Below are positions 32,174 to 43,093 of a DNA stretch of 64,000 bases, piece by piece. Every line of letters begins with the position of its first letter. Position 1 is the stretch's first letter. The translations under genes were made by a program, and so were the position numbers. Source of the stretch: a candidate division FCPU426 bacterium (lineage in GTDB: Bacteria; Oederibacteriota; Muellerivitia; Muellerivitales; Muellerivitaceae); the NCBI GenBank assembly GCA_027452205.1, contig DAIDGV010000027.1, positions 6,471 to 70,470 of the forward strand, in the 5' to 3' direction. A model generated the notes under the pieces. The model had not been told where the DNA came from. It did not search any database and saw only the letters and a program-made list of their open reading frames with translations.

Positions 32174-33364
32174 ATGAAAGAAGTGGTCATCGTCGACGGC
32201 GGCAGGACCCCCATCGGTAATTTGGGCGGGGCTTTGAAGGACGTGACGGCCCAGGAAATGGCCTCGACCGTCCTGAAAGAACTCATCAAACGCAACAATC
32301 TGAAGGTCTCCGAGATCGATGAGGTCATCCTGGGATGTGTGGGTCAATTCTCCGACGCGCCCAATGTGGCCCGGGTAGCGGCCCTGATGGCGGGTATCCC
32401 GAAAGAAGCGACCGCTTATACCGTGCAGCGCAACTGTTCCTCGGGTATGCAAGCGGTGGTGAACGCTTTCCAGAACATCCAATGCGGCGATGCCGACCTT
32501 CAATTGGCCGGCGGGACCGAATCCATGAGCCAGGCCCCCTATGTCAGCCGGGATATGCGCTTCGGCAAGCGTATGCGCGATTCCAAGATGATCGACAGCT
32601 TGATGGAAGGCCTGACGGACCCCTATTGCCACCTCATCATGGGCCAAACCGCCGAAAATTTGGCGGCGGAGTTCCAGATCTCCCGCAAAGAGCAGGACGA
32701 ATACGCGGTGCAGAGCCATAAGAAGGCCTTCCGGGCCCAACGCGAGAACAAGTTCAAGGACGAGATCGTGCCGGTCATGGTTCAAAAGAAAGTCATGGGT
32801 AAGGTAGTCGCTACCGAGCCAGTAACCCAGGACGAAGGCATCAACGCCGCTTTGAACGAACAGACCCTGGCTTCTTATCCGACCATCTTTAAAGAGAATG
32901 GCACGGTCACCCCGGGCAATGCTTGCGGCATCAACGATGGCGCGGCGGCGCTGCTGGTCATGTCCAAGGAAAAAGCGGATGCTTTGGGATACAAGCCCCT
33001 GGGATATATCCGCTCTTACGCTTTCTCGGGCGTGGAACCGGAACGCATGGGGATCGGTCCCGCGCACGCCATTCCGAAGGCCCTGAAAAAGGCCGGGTTA
33101 GAACTGAAGGATATGAAGCTTATCGAGATCAACGAGGCTTTCGCCGCCCAGATACTGGCCGACGACCGAGTGCTCAAGATGAACCGCGAGATCCTGAACG
33201 TTAATGGCGGGGCCATTGCCCTGGGCCATCCGGTCGGCATGACCGGAGCGCGTTTGATCATCACCGGCCTTCGTGAAATGGCCCGGCGCAATGTGGACTT
33301 GGGTGTCATTTCCATGTGCATCGGCGGCGGCTTGGGCGGCGCCATGGTGCTCGAACGCAAGTAA
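32174..33364 (+). CDS. acetyl-CoA acyltransferase (thiolase)
   Basis: CSSG, NEAF, GHP, CIGGG. Confidence 0.95.
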   Translation: MKEVVIVDGGRTPIGNLGGALKDVTAQEMASTVLKELIKRNNLKVSEIDEVILGCVGQFSDAPNVARVAALMAGIPKEATAYTVQRNCSSGMQAVVNAFQNIQCGDADLQLAGGTESMSQAPYVSRDMRFGKRMRDSKMIDSLMEGLTDPYCHLIMGQTAENLAAEFQISRKEQDEYAVQSHKKAFRAQRENKFKDEIVPVMVQKKVMGKVVATEPVTQDEGINAALNEQTLASYPTIFKENGTVTPGNACGINDGAAALLVMSKEKADALGYKPLGYIRSYAFSGVEPERMGIGPAHAIPKALKKAGLELKDMKLIEINEAFAAQILADDRVLKMNREILNVNGGAIALGHPVGMTGARLIITGLREMARRNVDLGVISMCIGGGLGGAMVLERK

Positions 33365-33377
33365 GTTGGAGGAGCCT

Positions 33378-33743
33378 GTGCCAGGTCATAAACAAGCTGC
33401 GGTCGATTTCTTGAAGATGGTCGTGGCGGGTGACATTGAGGCCGCTTATGCCAAATATGTGGATATGAGCGGGAAACACCACAACTCTTTTACCCCTGCC
33501 GGGTTTCCGGCCTTGAAGAAAGGCATGATGGAGAACGACGCTCAGTTCCCGAACAAGAAATTGGAAGTCCTTCGGGTCCTGGAGGATGGGGATCTGGTTT
33601 CGGTCTATTCGAGGCTTTCGCTGGGTGAAATGGTGCTGGCTGTGAACCATTCGATGCGTTTTAAAGGCGATAAAGTAGTGGAGTTCTGGGATTACGCGCA
33701 GCCAGTGACGAAAGACTTGGTCAATCAAGACGGTTTGTTCTAG
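33378..33743 (+). CDS. SnoaL/NTF2-like protein
   Basis: GGAGG SD, EDGDLV, KVVEFWD. Confidence 0.8.
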   Translation: MPGHKQAAVDFLKMVVAGDIEAAYAKYVDMSGKHHNSFTPAGFPALKKGMMENDAQFPNKKLEVLRVLEDGDLVSVYSRLSLGEMVLAVNHSMRFKGDKVVEFWDYAQPVTKDLVNQDGLF

Positions 33744-33762
33744 CACTAAACAGGAGGCGGCT

Positions 33763-34974
33763 ATGTTCATCTATAAAGCGGGTGTGGTGGGCGCGGGGGC
33801 CATGGGGTCCGGTATCGCCCAGGTCATTTCTTTCTCGGGGCTTCCGGTGGTCTTGAAAGACACCGATATGGACCGGGTCAATAAGGGTATCGACATGATC
33901 CGCAAGGTCTATCAAAGCCGGGTAGACAAGGGCAAGATGACCGCCTCGGAGATGGACCAGAAGATGAAACTGGTCATCGGGACCACTTCTTATGACGACT
34001 TTAAAGATTGCGACTTAGTGATCGAGGCAGTGTTCGAGAACATGAAGGTAAAACACCAAGTTTTCCAAGAACTGGAAAAGGTATTGCCCGAAACCGCCAT
34101 CATGGCCAGCAACACCTCGGCCCTTTCCATCAGCCAGATCGCTTCGGCGGTGAAACGCTCCGATAAAGTGATCGGTATCCATTTCTTCAATCCGGCGCCG
34201 GTGATGAAGCTCATCGAAGTCATCCCGGGTTTGCAAACCTCGACCGAAACGGTGGATGACGCGGTGACGTTCGCCGAATCGCTCCGCAAAATGCCGGTGC
34301 GCGTTAAGGAATGCGCAGGGTTCTTGGTCAACCGCCTTTTGCTCCCTTATTTGAACGAAGCCGCTTTCGCTTTCCAAGAAGGTTCCGCGCCGATAGAAGA
34401 GATGGACAAGGTCATGCGCGGCTTCGGGATGCCGATGGGACCTTTCGCCTTGCTGGATATGCTGGGCTTGGATGTTTGCGCGGATGTTTCCATGATCCTT
34501 TACGATTCTTTCGGCCCCCGCATGAAAGCTGCTGAGATCCTGGCGGAAATGCAAAAGAACAACCGCCTGGGCGTAAAGAACGGCATCGGCTTCTATGTTT
34601 ATGACGAATCCAAGAAGGCGGACCTGGCCCCGGTGGTCTCGGCTATCCAGGCTAAGACCGGCGTGAAGGGAACGCCCTTCTCGGCGGAACGCTTGGTGTT
34701 CCAGATGATCAATGAAGCGGCCTATTGCCTGGAAGAGAACGTGGCCTCGCCCTCGGATATCGATCTGGCTATGCTGGCTGGGACCGGTTATCCTCAAGAC
34801 AAGGGCGGTCCTTTACATACAGCCGACGGTATCGGTATCGACGTGGTGGTGGCCAGACTCCAAGAGTTCTCGAAGACCTTGGGGCCCCGTTTCTGGCCCG
34901 CACCGATCCTCAAACGCATGGTGGCAGCCAACTATTTGGGTCAAAAGACGAAGAAGGGATTTTTTAATTATTAA
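33763..34974 (+). CDS. 3-hydroxyacyl-CoA dehydrogenase with duplicated C-terminal domain
   Basis: GAGAMG, EAVFE, SNTS, HFFNP, GFLVNR. Confidence 0.93.
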   Translation: MFIYKAGVVGAGAMGSGIAQVISFSGLPVVLKDTDMDRVNKGIDMIRKVYQSRVDKGKMTASEMDQKMKLVIGTTSYDDFKDCDLVIEAVFENMKVKHQVFQELEKVLPETAIMASNTSALSISQIASAVKRSDKVIGIHFFNPAPVMKLIEVIPGLQTSTETVDDAVTFAESLRKMPVRVKECAGFLVNRLLLPYLNEAAFAFQEGSAPIEEMDKVMRGFGMPMGPFALLDMLGLDVCADVSMILYDSFGPRMKAAEILAEMQKNNRLGVKNGIGFYVYDESKKADLAPVVSAIQAKTGVKGTPFSAERLVFQMINEAAYCLEENVASPSDIDLAMLAGTGYPQDKGGPLHTADGIGIDVVVARLQEFSKTLGPRFWPAPILKRMVAANYLGQKTKKGFFNY

Positions 34975-35114
34975 CCTGAGTTACGAAGGACACTAAGGGC
35001 GCCAAGTGCCGCGAAGAAAAAATGGGTAAAGACTGAAATTCCGATTTTTAAATAAGTAGAAGGTTTTACTTTGTGATTTAACTTAGTGGTCTTGGTGCAC
35101 TTTGTGGTTCAAGA
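34975..35114. repeat. gene-less 9-nt-periodic palindrome related to the GxxExxY cassette arms
   Basis: four YRCNAAG units left, four CTTNGTG units right, ending GTGGTTCAAGA. Confidence 0.85.
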
Positions 35115-35130
35115 CTGAAAGGAAAAATGT

Positions 35131-35907
35131 ATGGGTCAATTTTTGAATATTGCGGTGGAAAGCAAGGTCGCGACGGTCACCATCAATAATCCTCCGGTGA
35201 ACGCCCTGTCCCAGGATGTCTTGAAAGAACTGGAAGCCACTATCGATGAATTGGCGGGCAATAAGGACGTCAAGGTCATCGTGCTGACGGGTGTCGGGCC
35301 GGTCTTTATCGCCGGGGCGGACATCAAACAGTTTTCCCAGATCCAGTCCGAGGAGGACGGCAAGAAAGCCGCCGGGTTCGGTCAGCGCATCTTCACGAAG
35401 ATCGAAAAACTCCAAAAGCCGGTCATTGCGGCCATTAACGGGGTCTGCCTAGGCGGCGGCATGGAATTGGCCATGGCCTGTCATATCCGCATTGCCTCGG
35501 ACCGAGCCCGTTTGGGCCAACCTGAAATTAACTTAGGGATCATTCCCGGTTTCGGTGGAACCCAACGGCTGGCCCGCTTGGTCGGGACCGGTAAAGCCAT
35601 TGAGTGGATCCTGACGGGCGACAATATCCCGCCGGCAGACGCTAAGGCTTTGGGGTTGGTCAATCATGTGGTGCCCGAAGCCGAAGTTTTACGCCAAGCC
35701 CAGGGCTTGGCCAAAAAGATTGCCATCAAGCCCGCGGTGGGTATCGCCCAAAGTTTGAAGGCTGTGTTCACGGGCATCGACCAGACCATCGAAAAGGGGC
35801 TGGAAACCGAATTGGATGGTTTCGGCGCTTGCTGCAAATCACCGGACATGAAAGAGGGCGTGAAGGCTTTCGTTGAGAAACGTCAGCCGCAATTTACGGA
35901 CCTGTGA
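35131..35907 (+). CDS. enoyl-CoA hydratase (crotonase)
   Basis: AGADI, GGGMELAM, QPE..LG..PG.GGTQRL. Confidence 0.93.
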   Translation: MGQFLNIAVESKVATVTINNPPVNALSQDVLKELEATIDELAGNKDVKVIVLTGVGPVFIAGADIKQFSQIQSEEDGKKAAGFGQRIFTKIEKLQKPVIAAINGVCLGGGMELAMACHIRIASDRARLGQPEINLGIIPGFGGTQRLARLVGTGKAIEWILTGDNIPPADAKALGLVNHVVPEAEVLRQAQGLAKKIAIKPAVGIAQSLKAVFTGIDQTIEKGLETELDGFGACCKSPDMKEGVKAFVEKRQPQFTDL

Positions 35908-35918
35908 GAAAAACCGCT

Positions 35919-36788
35919 ATGCCGAAAAAAGCCGCGAAGAGAGAACAACACTTTCACACCCTGGCCCAGCTCAAGGAGACCATGGAAGCCAACCGCTATA
36001 AAGTGGGTGTGGCCTTGTGCGGGGGTGTGGCTTACGGCGTGGCCCAGATCGGGGTGCTGAAGGCTTTGGAAGAAGCGGGAATCCATGTGGATTGTTTGGC
36101 GGGTACCAGCGCGGGGGCCATCATCGCGGCGGCCTATGCCTCGGGCTTGCCGGTGTCCCGTATCGAGGAGATCGGCATCAATACCGGTTGGGGAGAGTTG
36201 TTCGCTTTTAGGCCTTCCCGGAAGGGTTTGGTCTCTTCGGGGCCCATTGAGGAATATATTCGCAAATACCTGAAAGTTGCCAATTTTTCAGATCTCAAGA
36301 AACCTTTGGCGGTGGTGACCACCGACCTTTGCTCCGGCGAGGAGATCGTTTTTACCGACGGACCTTTGGATAAAGCGGTCCGGGCCTCTTGCTCCATCCC
36401 GGGAGTTTATACCCCGGTCGAACTGGAAGGGCATCAATTGGCGGACGGTGGTATGGCGGAGAACGTGCCGGTCAAGGCCTTGAAGAACCTGGGCGCGGAC
36501 GTGGTGATCGCAGTCAACCTTTTCGGCCATCATCAGGTCTTCCCGCCGGCCTCCAATGTGTTCCAGATCCTGATGCGGGTCTGGTACTTCTTCGTCCAAG
36601 AGGAATCCTCCTGGCGGGAACAGGCCGACGTCATCATCGAGCCGGATATGCGTCTTTTCGACCTTTTCGATTTTTCCGCGGGCAAGGAAATGATCGCGGT
36701 AGGCGAAAAGGAAGCCAAAAAGCACATGCCCAAGATCAAGCAGACCATCCAACGCCGTTTTGTTTTCCGCCCTGAGATCTACCGTTAA
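35919..36788 (+). CDS. patatin-like phospholipase (RssA/NTE type)
   Basis: GTSAG and DGG motifs. Confidence 0.88.
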   Translation: MPKKAAKREQHFHTLAQLKETMEANRYKVGVALCGGVAYGVAQIGVLKALEEAGIHVDCLAGTSAGAIIAAAYASGLPVSRIEEIGINTGWGELFAFRPSRKGLVSSGPIEEYIRKYLKVANFSDLKKPLAVVTTDLCSGEEIVFTDGPLDKAVRASCSIPGVYTPVELEGHQLADGGMAENVPVKALKNLGADVVIAVNLFGHHQVFPPASNVFQILMRVWYFFVQEESSWREQADVIIEPDMRLFDLFDFSAGKEMIAVGEKEAKKHMPKIKQTIQRRFVFRPEIYR

Positions 36789-36911
36789 GGCCCGCCAGGC
36801 TTTTCTTTTAGTGGAAATATCGTTTTCCAAAAATGAACATAAAAAGACTTCGTCTCCCTCCGGGACGGACCCATAATCAGGGGATCAGCCATCCTTGCAG
36901 GGAGAGCTTCC

Positions 36912-37184
36912 GTGACGAACGACGAATTGATCGCGAAAGTTGCCGAGGCCACCGGCCAAAAGAAGATCGACATCCAAAAGGCCATGGATGTGATGATCGA
37001 GACCATTACCCAGACCGTGAAAACGAACGGTAAGGTCAACATCACGGGTCTGGGTATCTTCAAGTTGAAGGACAAAAAAGCCCGGGTCGGACGCAACCCC
37101 AAGACCGGCGAAACGGTGCAAGTGCCTGCCCGAAAAGCTCCGAAATTCCTGCCCTCGAAGAATTTCAAAGAGATCGTGAACTAA
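36912..37184 (+). CDS. hup: HU family DNA-binding protein
   Basis: GLGIF..RVGRNPKTGE. Confidence 0.93.
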   Translation: MTNDELIAKVAEATGQKKIDIQKAMDVMIETITQTVKTNGKVNITGLGIFKLKDKKARVGRNPKTGETVQVPARKAPKFLPSKNFKEIVN

Positions 37185-37251
37185 AAAAGTAAAAAAGACG
37201 GTTTGAAGGCTATTCACCCTAGTGAATGGCGCTTTTTTATGCCCCGGTTCC

Positions 37252-37280
37252 TTGACGATTTTGCCCACCCTACCTATCAT
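37252..37280 (+). promoter_or_regulatory. sigma70 promoter of groESL
   Basis: TTGACG-17 nt-TATCAT. Confidence 0.7.
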
Positions 37281-37386
37281 GACCCAGCTTTCGGCGGTTC
37301 GCGCAGTTTCAGAACCCCAGGCTCTTACCGAAAAATCGAATAAAGTCTGCGGTTTTTCGCCGCGGTTAATTTTCAGGAGGTTGTTC

Positions 37387-37677
37387 ATGAAATTCCGTCC
37401 GTTGTACGACCGTATCCTCGTGGAGCGTTTAGGAGACGAGGAAAAAACCAAGAGTGGCATCATCATCCCCGACGCGGCCCGCGAAAAGCAGCAGCGCGGC
37501 AAAGTCGTTGCTGTGGGCAAGGGCCGGGTCAATGAGAAGGGCGAAGTCCTGAAATTGGACGTGAAAGTGGGCGATGTGGTCCTCTTTGAGAAATACGGCG
37601 GGGAAGAGATCAAGATCGACGGTCAAGAATACGTCATCATGAAAGAAGAAGGCGTGATCGGCGTGGTTGAAGCCTGA
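37387..37677 (+). CDS. groES: co-chaperonin GroES
   Basis: RPLYDR, SGIIIPD, VAVGKG. Confidence 0.97.
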   Translation: MKFRPLYDRILVERLGDEEKTKSGIIIPDAAREKQQRGKVVAVGKGRVNEKGEVLKLDVKVGDVVLFEKYGGEEIKIDGQEYVIMKEEGVIGVVEA

Positions 37678-37684
37678 TTGATAA

Positions 37685-39364
<1,680 letters not shown>

Positions 39365-39371
39365 AAACATC

Positions 39372-39406
39372 AATTTTGAATTCTTAATTATGAATTTTGA
39401 ATTGTG
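39372..39406 (+). repeat. five AATTNNN heptamers (half of the 7-nt element)
   Basis: AATTTTG AATTCTT AATTATG AATTTTG AATTGTG. Confidence 0.65.
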
Positions 39407-39407
39407 G

Positions 39408-39440
39408 AAGCCCTTGGCGGGAAACCGCCAAGGGCTTTTT
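39408..39440 (+). terminator. groESL terminator
   Basis: AAGCCCTTGGCGG-GAAA-CCGCCAAGGGCTT plus T run. Confidence 0.85.
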
Positions 39441-39513
39441 GTTTAAGGGCTCGTTGACGTTAGAGGGGATAACCCCTATTATTTTTGACGCAACACCAAC
39501 AAAGGAGTCCGTC

Positions 39514-39696
39514 TTGGCACCTGGCTGGATCGTCGGCATCATCGCAGGCTATGTCCTTTTCAATCTGGGTCTTTGGAAGTCCGATTCCACCCCGAAACCG
39601 CAAGATACGCTCTGGGCCCTAGTCATGCTGGGGGGGACCGTGCTGATGTTCCTTTCCGTTCTTCTCTGGGCCGTGCCGGGCTTCTTTAATTCCTGA
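39514..39696 (+). CDS. small two-TM protein
   Basis: AAGGAG SD, TTG start, upstream TTGACG-17-TATTAT. Confidence 0.6.
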   Translation: MAPGWIVGIIAGYVLFNLGLWKSDSTPKPQDTLWALVMLGGTVLMFLSVLLWAVPGFFNS

Positions 39697-39714
39697 ATTC
39701 CGAAAGGCCGCTCC

Positions 39715-40059
39715 GTGAAGGAACTCCTCACTGAACAACAAGCGGACCAGGTCGTGGCGCTTCTTTCCCTTTTGGTCACTTTAGCTAGCCTGGGTTGGGG
39801 TTTTTACCAGACCCGTTTCACCAAGAAAGATGTTTCTAAGTCTGTTTGGGCCACCGCCGTCCTTTTCGCGTTGGCTGGGCCCGTTATTTGGGCTTTCTGG
39901 GGTATCTATAATTCCATCGAAGATCATTATGGTTTGGATTCGGTCAAGGCCTTGGAGATCAATTTTGGTATCGTCGTTGGGATAGCGCTTCTTTTCACGG
40001 CTGCCCTTGCCTTGATCCGACATTGGGTCCCCGCGGGGCCCAAATCCCGCCGCCGTTAA
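39715..40059 (+). CDS. three-TM membrane protein
   Basis: hydrophobic segments, operon position. Confidence 0.6.
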   Translation: MKELLTEQQADQVVALLSLLVTLASLGWGFYQTRFTKKDVSKSVWATAVLFALAGPVIWAFWGIYNSIEDHYGLDSVKALEINFGIVVGIALLFTAALALIRHWVPAGPKSRRR

Positions 40060-40104
40060 AGGGCGTTTTCCGAACCAAGAAAGCGGTTGGAACGTCTAAA
40101 AGTC

Positions 40105-40989
40105 ATGAAATCATCTATAACCCCTCTCTCGATCCTTAGTGAAGTCAAACGCCTGGAGTTGGTCACCCGGGGCGCAGTCGAGACTTTGCTCAAAGGCTCC
40201 TATAAGAGCACCTTCCGGGGCCAGGGGTTGGAATTCCACCAGGTCCGGGAATATTTCCCCGAGGATGATGTCCGCTCCATCGACTGGAATGTCACCGCCC
40301 GTCTCAACTCGCCTTTCGTTAAGACCTTCGTGGAAGAGCGGGAACTGCAAATGGTCCTGGCCGTCGACCTGTCGGCCTCCCTTTGGTCCGGGTCCGGACC
40401 AAAAAGCAAAAGGGAGACAGCCCTGCGGCTTTGCGCGACACTGGCCTTTTCAGCGGTCAAGAACCAGGACCGGGTGGGTCTTTTCCTCTTCACCGACCGG
40501 GCTGAGTATTGGCTGCCGCCCAAAAGGGGCAAGGCGGCGGGAATGCGCATCCTGCGTGAATTGATCCAATTCAAACCCGCGGGCCGACGCACCAATTACC
40601 AACCGGTCTTCAGGACCCTGTCCAAGGTGCTCAAACGCCGCAGCGTGCTGGTGTTGGTCTCGGACTTTACCGAAACAGTGCCGGTGGAACTGGCGGGATT
40701 CCTGGCCCGCCGTCATGACATGGTGTCGGTTGTGGTCAAAGACCCGATCGAGACGGATTTCAAACTGCCGGCATGGGTGACCGTGAAAGATCCGGAAACG
40801 GGCCGGGTCGGTTATTTGTCACCAGGTTCCCAAAAGGCTTTTCAAAAAGCGGAGGATTTCCGGGAGTCCCAGTTGAGAGTTCTTACCCGCCAAGGCTCGG
40901 ACCGGATGGATATCACCGCCGGCGAGAACGTGACCTTATCCCTGATGAAGTTCTTCAAAAAACGCTTTGAGCGAAACGGCAGGCGTTGA
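40105..40989 (+). CDS. DUF58 protein
   Basis: G.GLEF..VREY...DDVRSIDWNVTAR. Confidence 0.92.
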   Translation: MKSSITPLSILSEVKRLELVTRGAVETLLKGSYKSTFRGQGLEFHQVREYFPEDDVRSIDWNVTARLNSPFVKTFVEERELQMVLAVDLSASLWSGSGPKSKRETALRLCATLAFSAVKNQDRVGLFLFTDRAEYWLPPKRGKAAGMRILRELIQFKPAGRRTNYQPVFRTLSKVLKRRSVLVLVSDFTETVPVELAGFLARRHDMVSVVVKDPIETDFKLPAWVTVKDPETGRVGYLSPGSQKAFQKAEDFRESQLRVLTRQGSDRMDITAGENVTLSLMKFFKKRFERNGRR

Positions 40990-40990
40990 C

Positions 40991-42106
40991 ATGGACTTTC
41001 ACAGCATCCATTTCGCGAACCCTATTTGGCTGACCGGGCTTTTTATACTGCCTTTGGCTTTTTTGATCGCTCTTTGGGTCTCCCGGGCCCGACACAGCAC
41101 TTTTTCATTAGGTAATTCCCGGTTGGTGGAGATGGCTTCGGGGTTCCTTTCCCCCCAGGCGGTGCCTTGGTTGTTGCGCTTGGTAGTGGTTGGCTTGTGT
41201 TTGATCGCGGCGGCACGGCCCCAAAGCGGGCAAAAGAAAGTGGAAGAGAAAAAACAGGTCTCAGATCTTTTTGTGGCCCTCGATGTTTCGGGGTCTATGG
41301 TCACGCCAGACTTGAAACCGAACCGCATTACCGCGGCCAAAAAGTTCCTTGCTGACTTCCTGGATAAGATCGAAAACGCCCGGATCGGGTTGACCATCTT
41401 CGCCCGGATCAGCTTTACCGCCTGTCCTTTGACCACTGACACACAGATCGTCAAACAGATCCTTTCGAATGTCAAACAAGCCCCCTTTTCGATAAAAGTG
41501 GATGGAACGGCCATCGGCGACGCCATCGTGGCCTGTGTGGGGCGTCTGGAAAGGGGCGATCCCCAAGCGGAGAACAAGAACAACCCGGTGGTGCCGTCGT
41601 TGTTGTCCGCGCTGGCGGATAAACCGAAAGAAACCGAAACCTCTGAAGGTAAGCATCAAGCTATCATCCTGCTGACCGACGGCGGTGATAATGCAAGCCG
41701 CGTGGATCCTTTGACCGCGGCCAAGATCGCCGCCAGCCGCGGTATCAAAATCTATACGGTGGGGATGGGCAGTCTTCATCCAGTGCCCGCTTTGTTTTTG
41801 CAACCCGATGGCACTTACCAGTATGCGATCGACGCCCGTACGCGGGAGGTTTATATGAGCGATCCGGTCGAGATGGGAATCTTGAAAGAGATCGCCCGTA
41901 TCACGGGTGGAAAGGCCTATAGCGCGGAGAACAACAGTACCTTTCAAGCGGTGCTGGACGACATCGCGCGGCTGGAGAAAAGGGATGTTGCTGTCACCAC
42001 CCATTGGGAATACAACGAATTAGCCCCTTATTTCTTGCTGGCGGCTTTCATCCTCTTGGTCATGGACCTTGTCCTGGAAACGACCTATCTAAGGACCTTG
42101 CCATGA
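40991..42106 (+). CDS. batA: BatA-like VWA domain protein
   Basis: FANP.WL, AARP, DVSGS MIDAS, LLTDG. Confidence 0.85.
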   Translation: MDFHSIHFANPIWLTGLFILPLAFLIALWVSRARHSTFSLGNSRLVEMASGFLSPQAVPWLLRLVVVGLCLIAAARPQSGQKKVEEKKQVSDLFVALDVSGSMVTPDLKPNRITAAKKFLADFLDKIENARIGLTIFARISFTACPLTTDTQIVKQILSNVKQAPFSIKVDGTAIGDAIVACVGRLERGDPQAENKNNPVVPSLLSALADKPKETETSEGKHQAIILLTDGGDNASRVDPLTAAKIAASRGIKIYTVGMGSLHPVPALFLQPDGTYQYAIDARTREVYMSDPVEMGILKEIARITGGKAYSAENNSTFQAVLDDIARLEKRDVAVTTHWEYNELAPYFLLAAFILLVMDLVLETTYLRTLP

Positions 42107-43089
42107 AGATCGCTTATTTGGATAACCTCTGGTACTTGGTGTTGATCTTCGGCGCGGGATTGTTGCTGGCCCTTTGGACCTGGGCCCGGGACCAAAGGGA
42201 CCTCAAGATCCTCAGTCTTCAGAACCTGGTCCTGTCGCCCGAACTGGCCTGGGCCCGGCGGGTGGTGAAGAGCCTGTTCCTTTTGGCAGGACTTTTTTTA
42301 GTGCTGCTGGGGGCCCTTCGCCTTCAGGGCAAACCGGTTCCCGAGGACCTGGACCTGAGGGGCAGCGATATCGTGGTCGTCTTGGACCTTTCCAAGAGCA
42401 TGTTGACCCAAGACATGGTCCCTAACCGGTTGGAAGCGGCCAAGAAAGCCGTACTTTCTTGGATGCAAGGCCAAGATGGGGACCGGGTTGGTCTAGTGGC
42501 TTTCGCAGGAGAAGGAATGGTGCAAGTACCTTTGACATTGGATCTTCAGGCTGTCTCCGTCGTGTTACAGAGCGACGATACTGACGTGGTAGGCAAGGGT
42601 GGTACGGATATCGGTAAAGGGATACGGGAAGCTTTGACGGTATTTCCCAAAGAAAACCCGGACAAAAGAGGGAGGGCCATCCTTCTTTTGACCGACGGTG
42701 AATTGACGGATCGGGCTTCCAACCTGGACGAAGCCTGCCAAGAGGCCAAAAAAATGGGAGTGCCGGTGGTCGCGGTGGGATTGGGAACACCCCAGGGTAA
42801 GCCCATTCCTGACGGTGCCTTCTGGGGACAGGAGACCTTTAAAAGAGACGAGACGGGTAACGTGCACATCAGCCGGTTGGATGAGGGAACCCTTCGCAAG
42901 ATAGCTGACACGACCGGTGGCCTTTTCGTGAGCGGGGACAACGGGGATAACCTTGGTTCCATTGACAAGGTGTTGGAAAATCTTCAAAAGACAGAGATGA
43001 AGGGAAAGGGCGGGGTTAAGCGGGTTGAGTTCGCGCCTTCCTTAGGTTGGATGGCGGCGGCTACCCTTTTTATCTCGACGATCCTGTGA
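42103..43089 (+). CDS. batB: BatB-like VWA domain protein
   Basis: DLSKSM..D..PNRL, PLTLD, LLTDGE. Confidence 0.85.
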   Translation: MKIAYLDNLWYLVLIFGAGLLLALWTWARDQRDLKILSLQNLVLSPELAWARRVVKSLFLLAGLFLVLLGALRLQGKPVPEDLDLRGSDIVVVLDLSKSMLTQDMVPNRLEAAKKAVLSWMQGQDGDRVGLVAFAGEGMVQVPLTLDLQAVSVVLQSDDTDVVGKGGTDIGKGIREALTVFPKENPDKRGRAILLLTDGELTDRASNLDEACQEAKKMGVPVVAVGLGTPQGKPIPDGAFWGQETFKRDETGNVHISRLDEGTLRKIADTTGGLFVSGDNGDNLGSIDKVLENLQKTEMKGKGGVKRVEFAPSLGWMAAATLFISTIL

Positions 43090-43093
43090 GGAA

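Noticed and set aside
37190-37386. CIRCE element before groESL
   Set aside because: No TTAGCACTC-N9-GAGTGCTAA present; only isolated half-site-like strings occur elsewhere (about 22596 and 33741).
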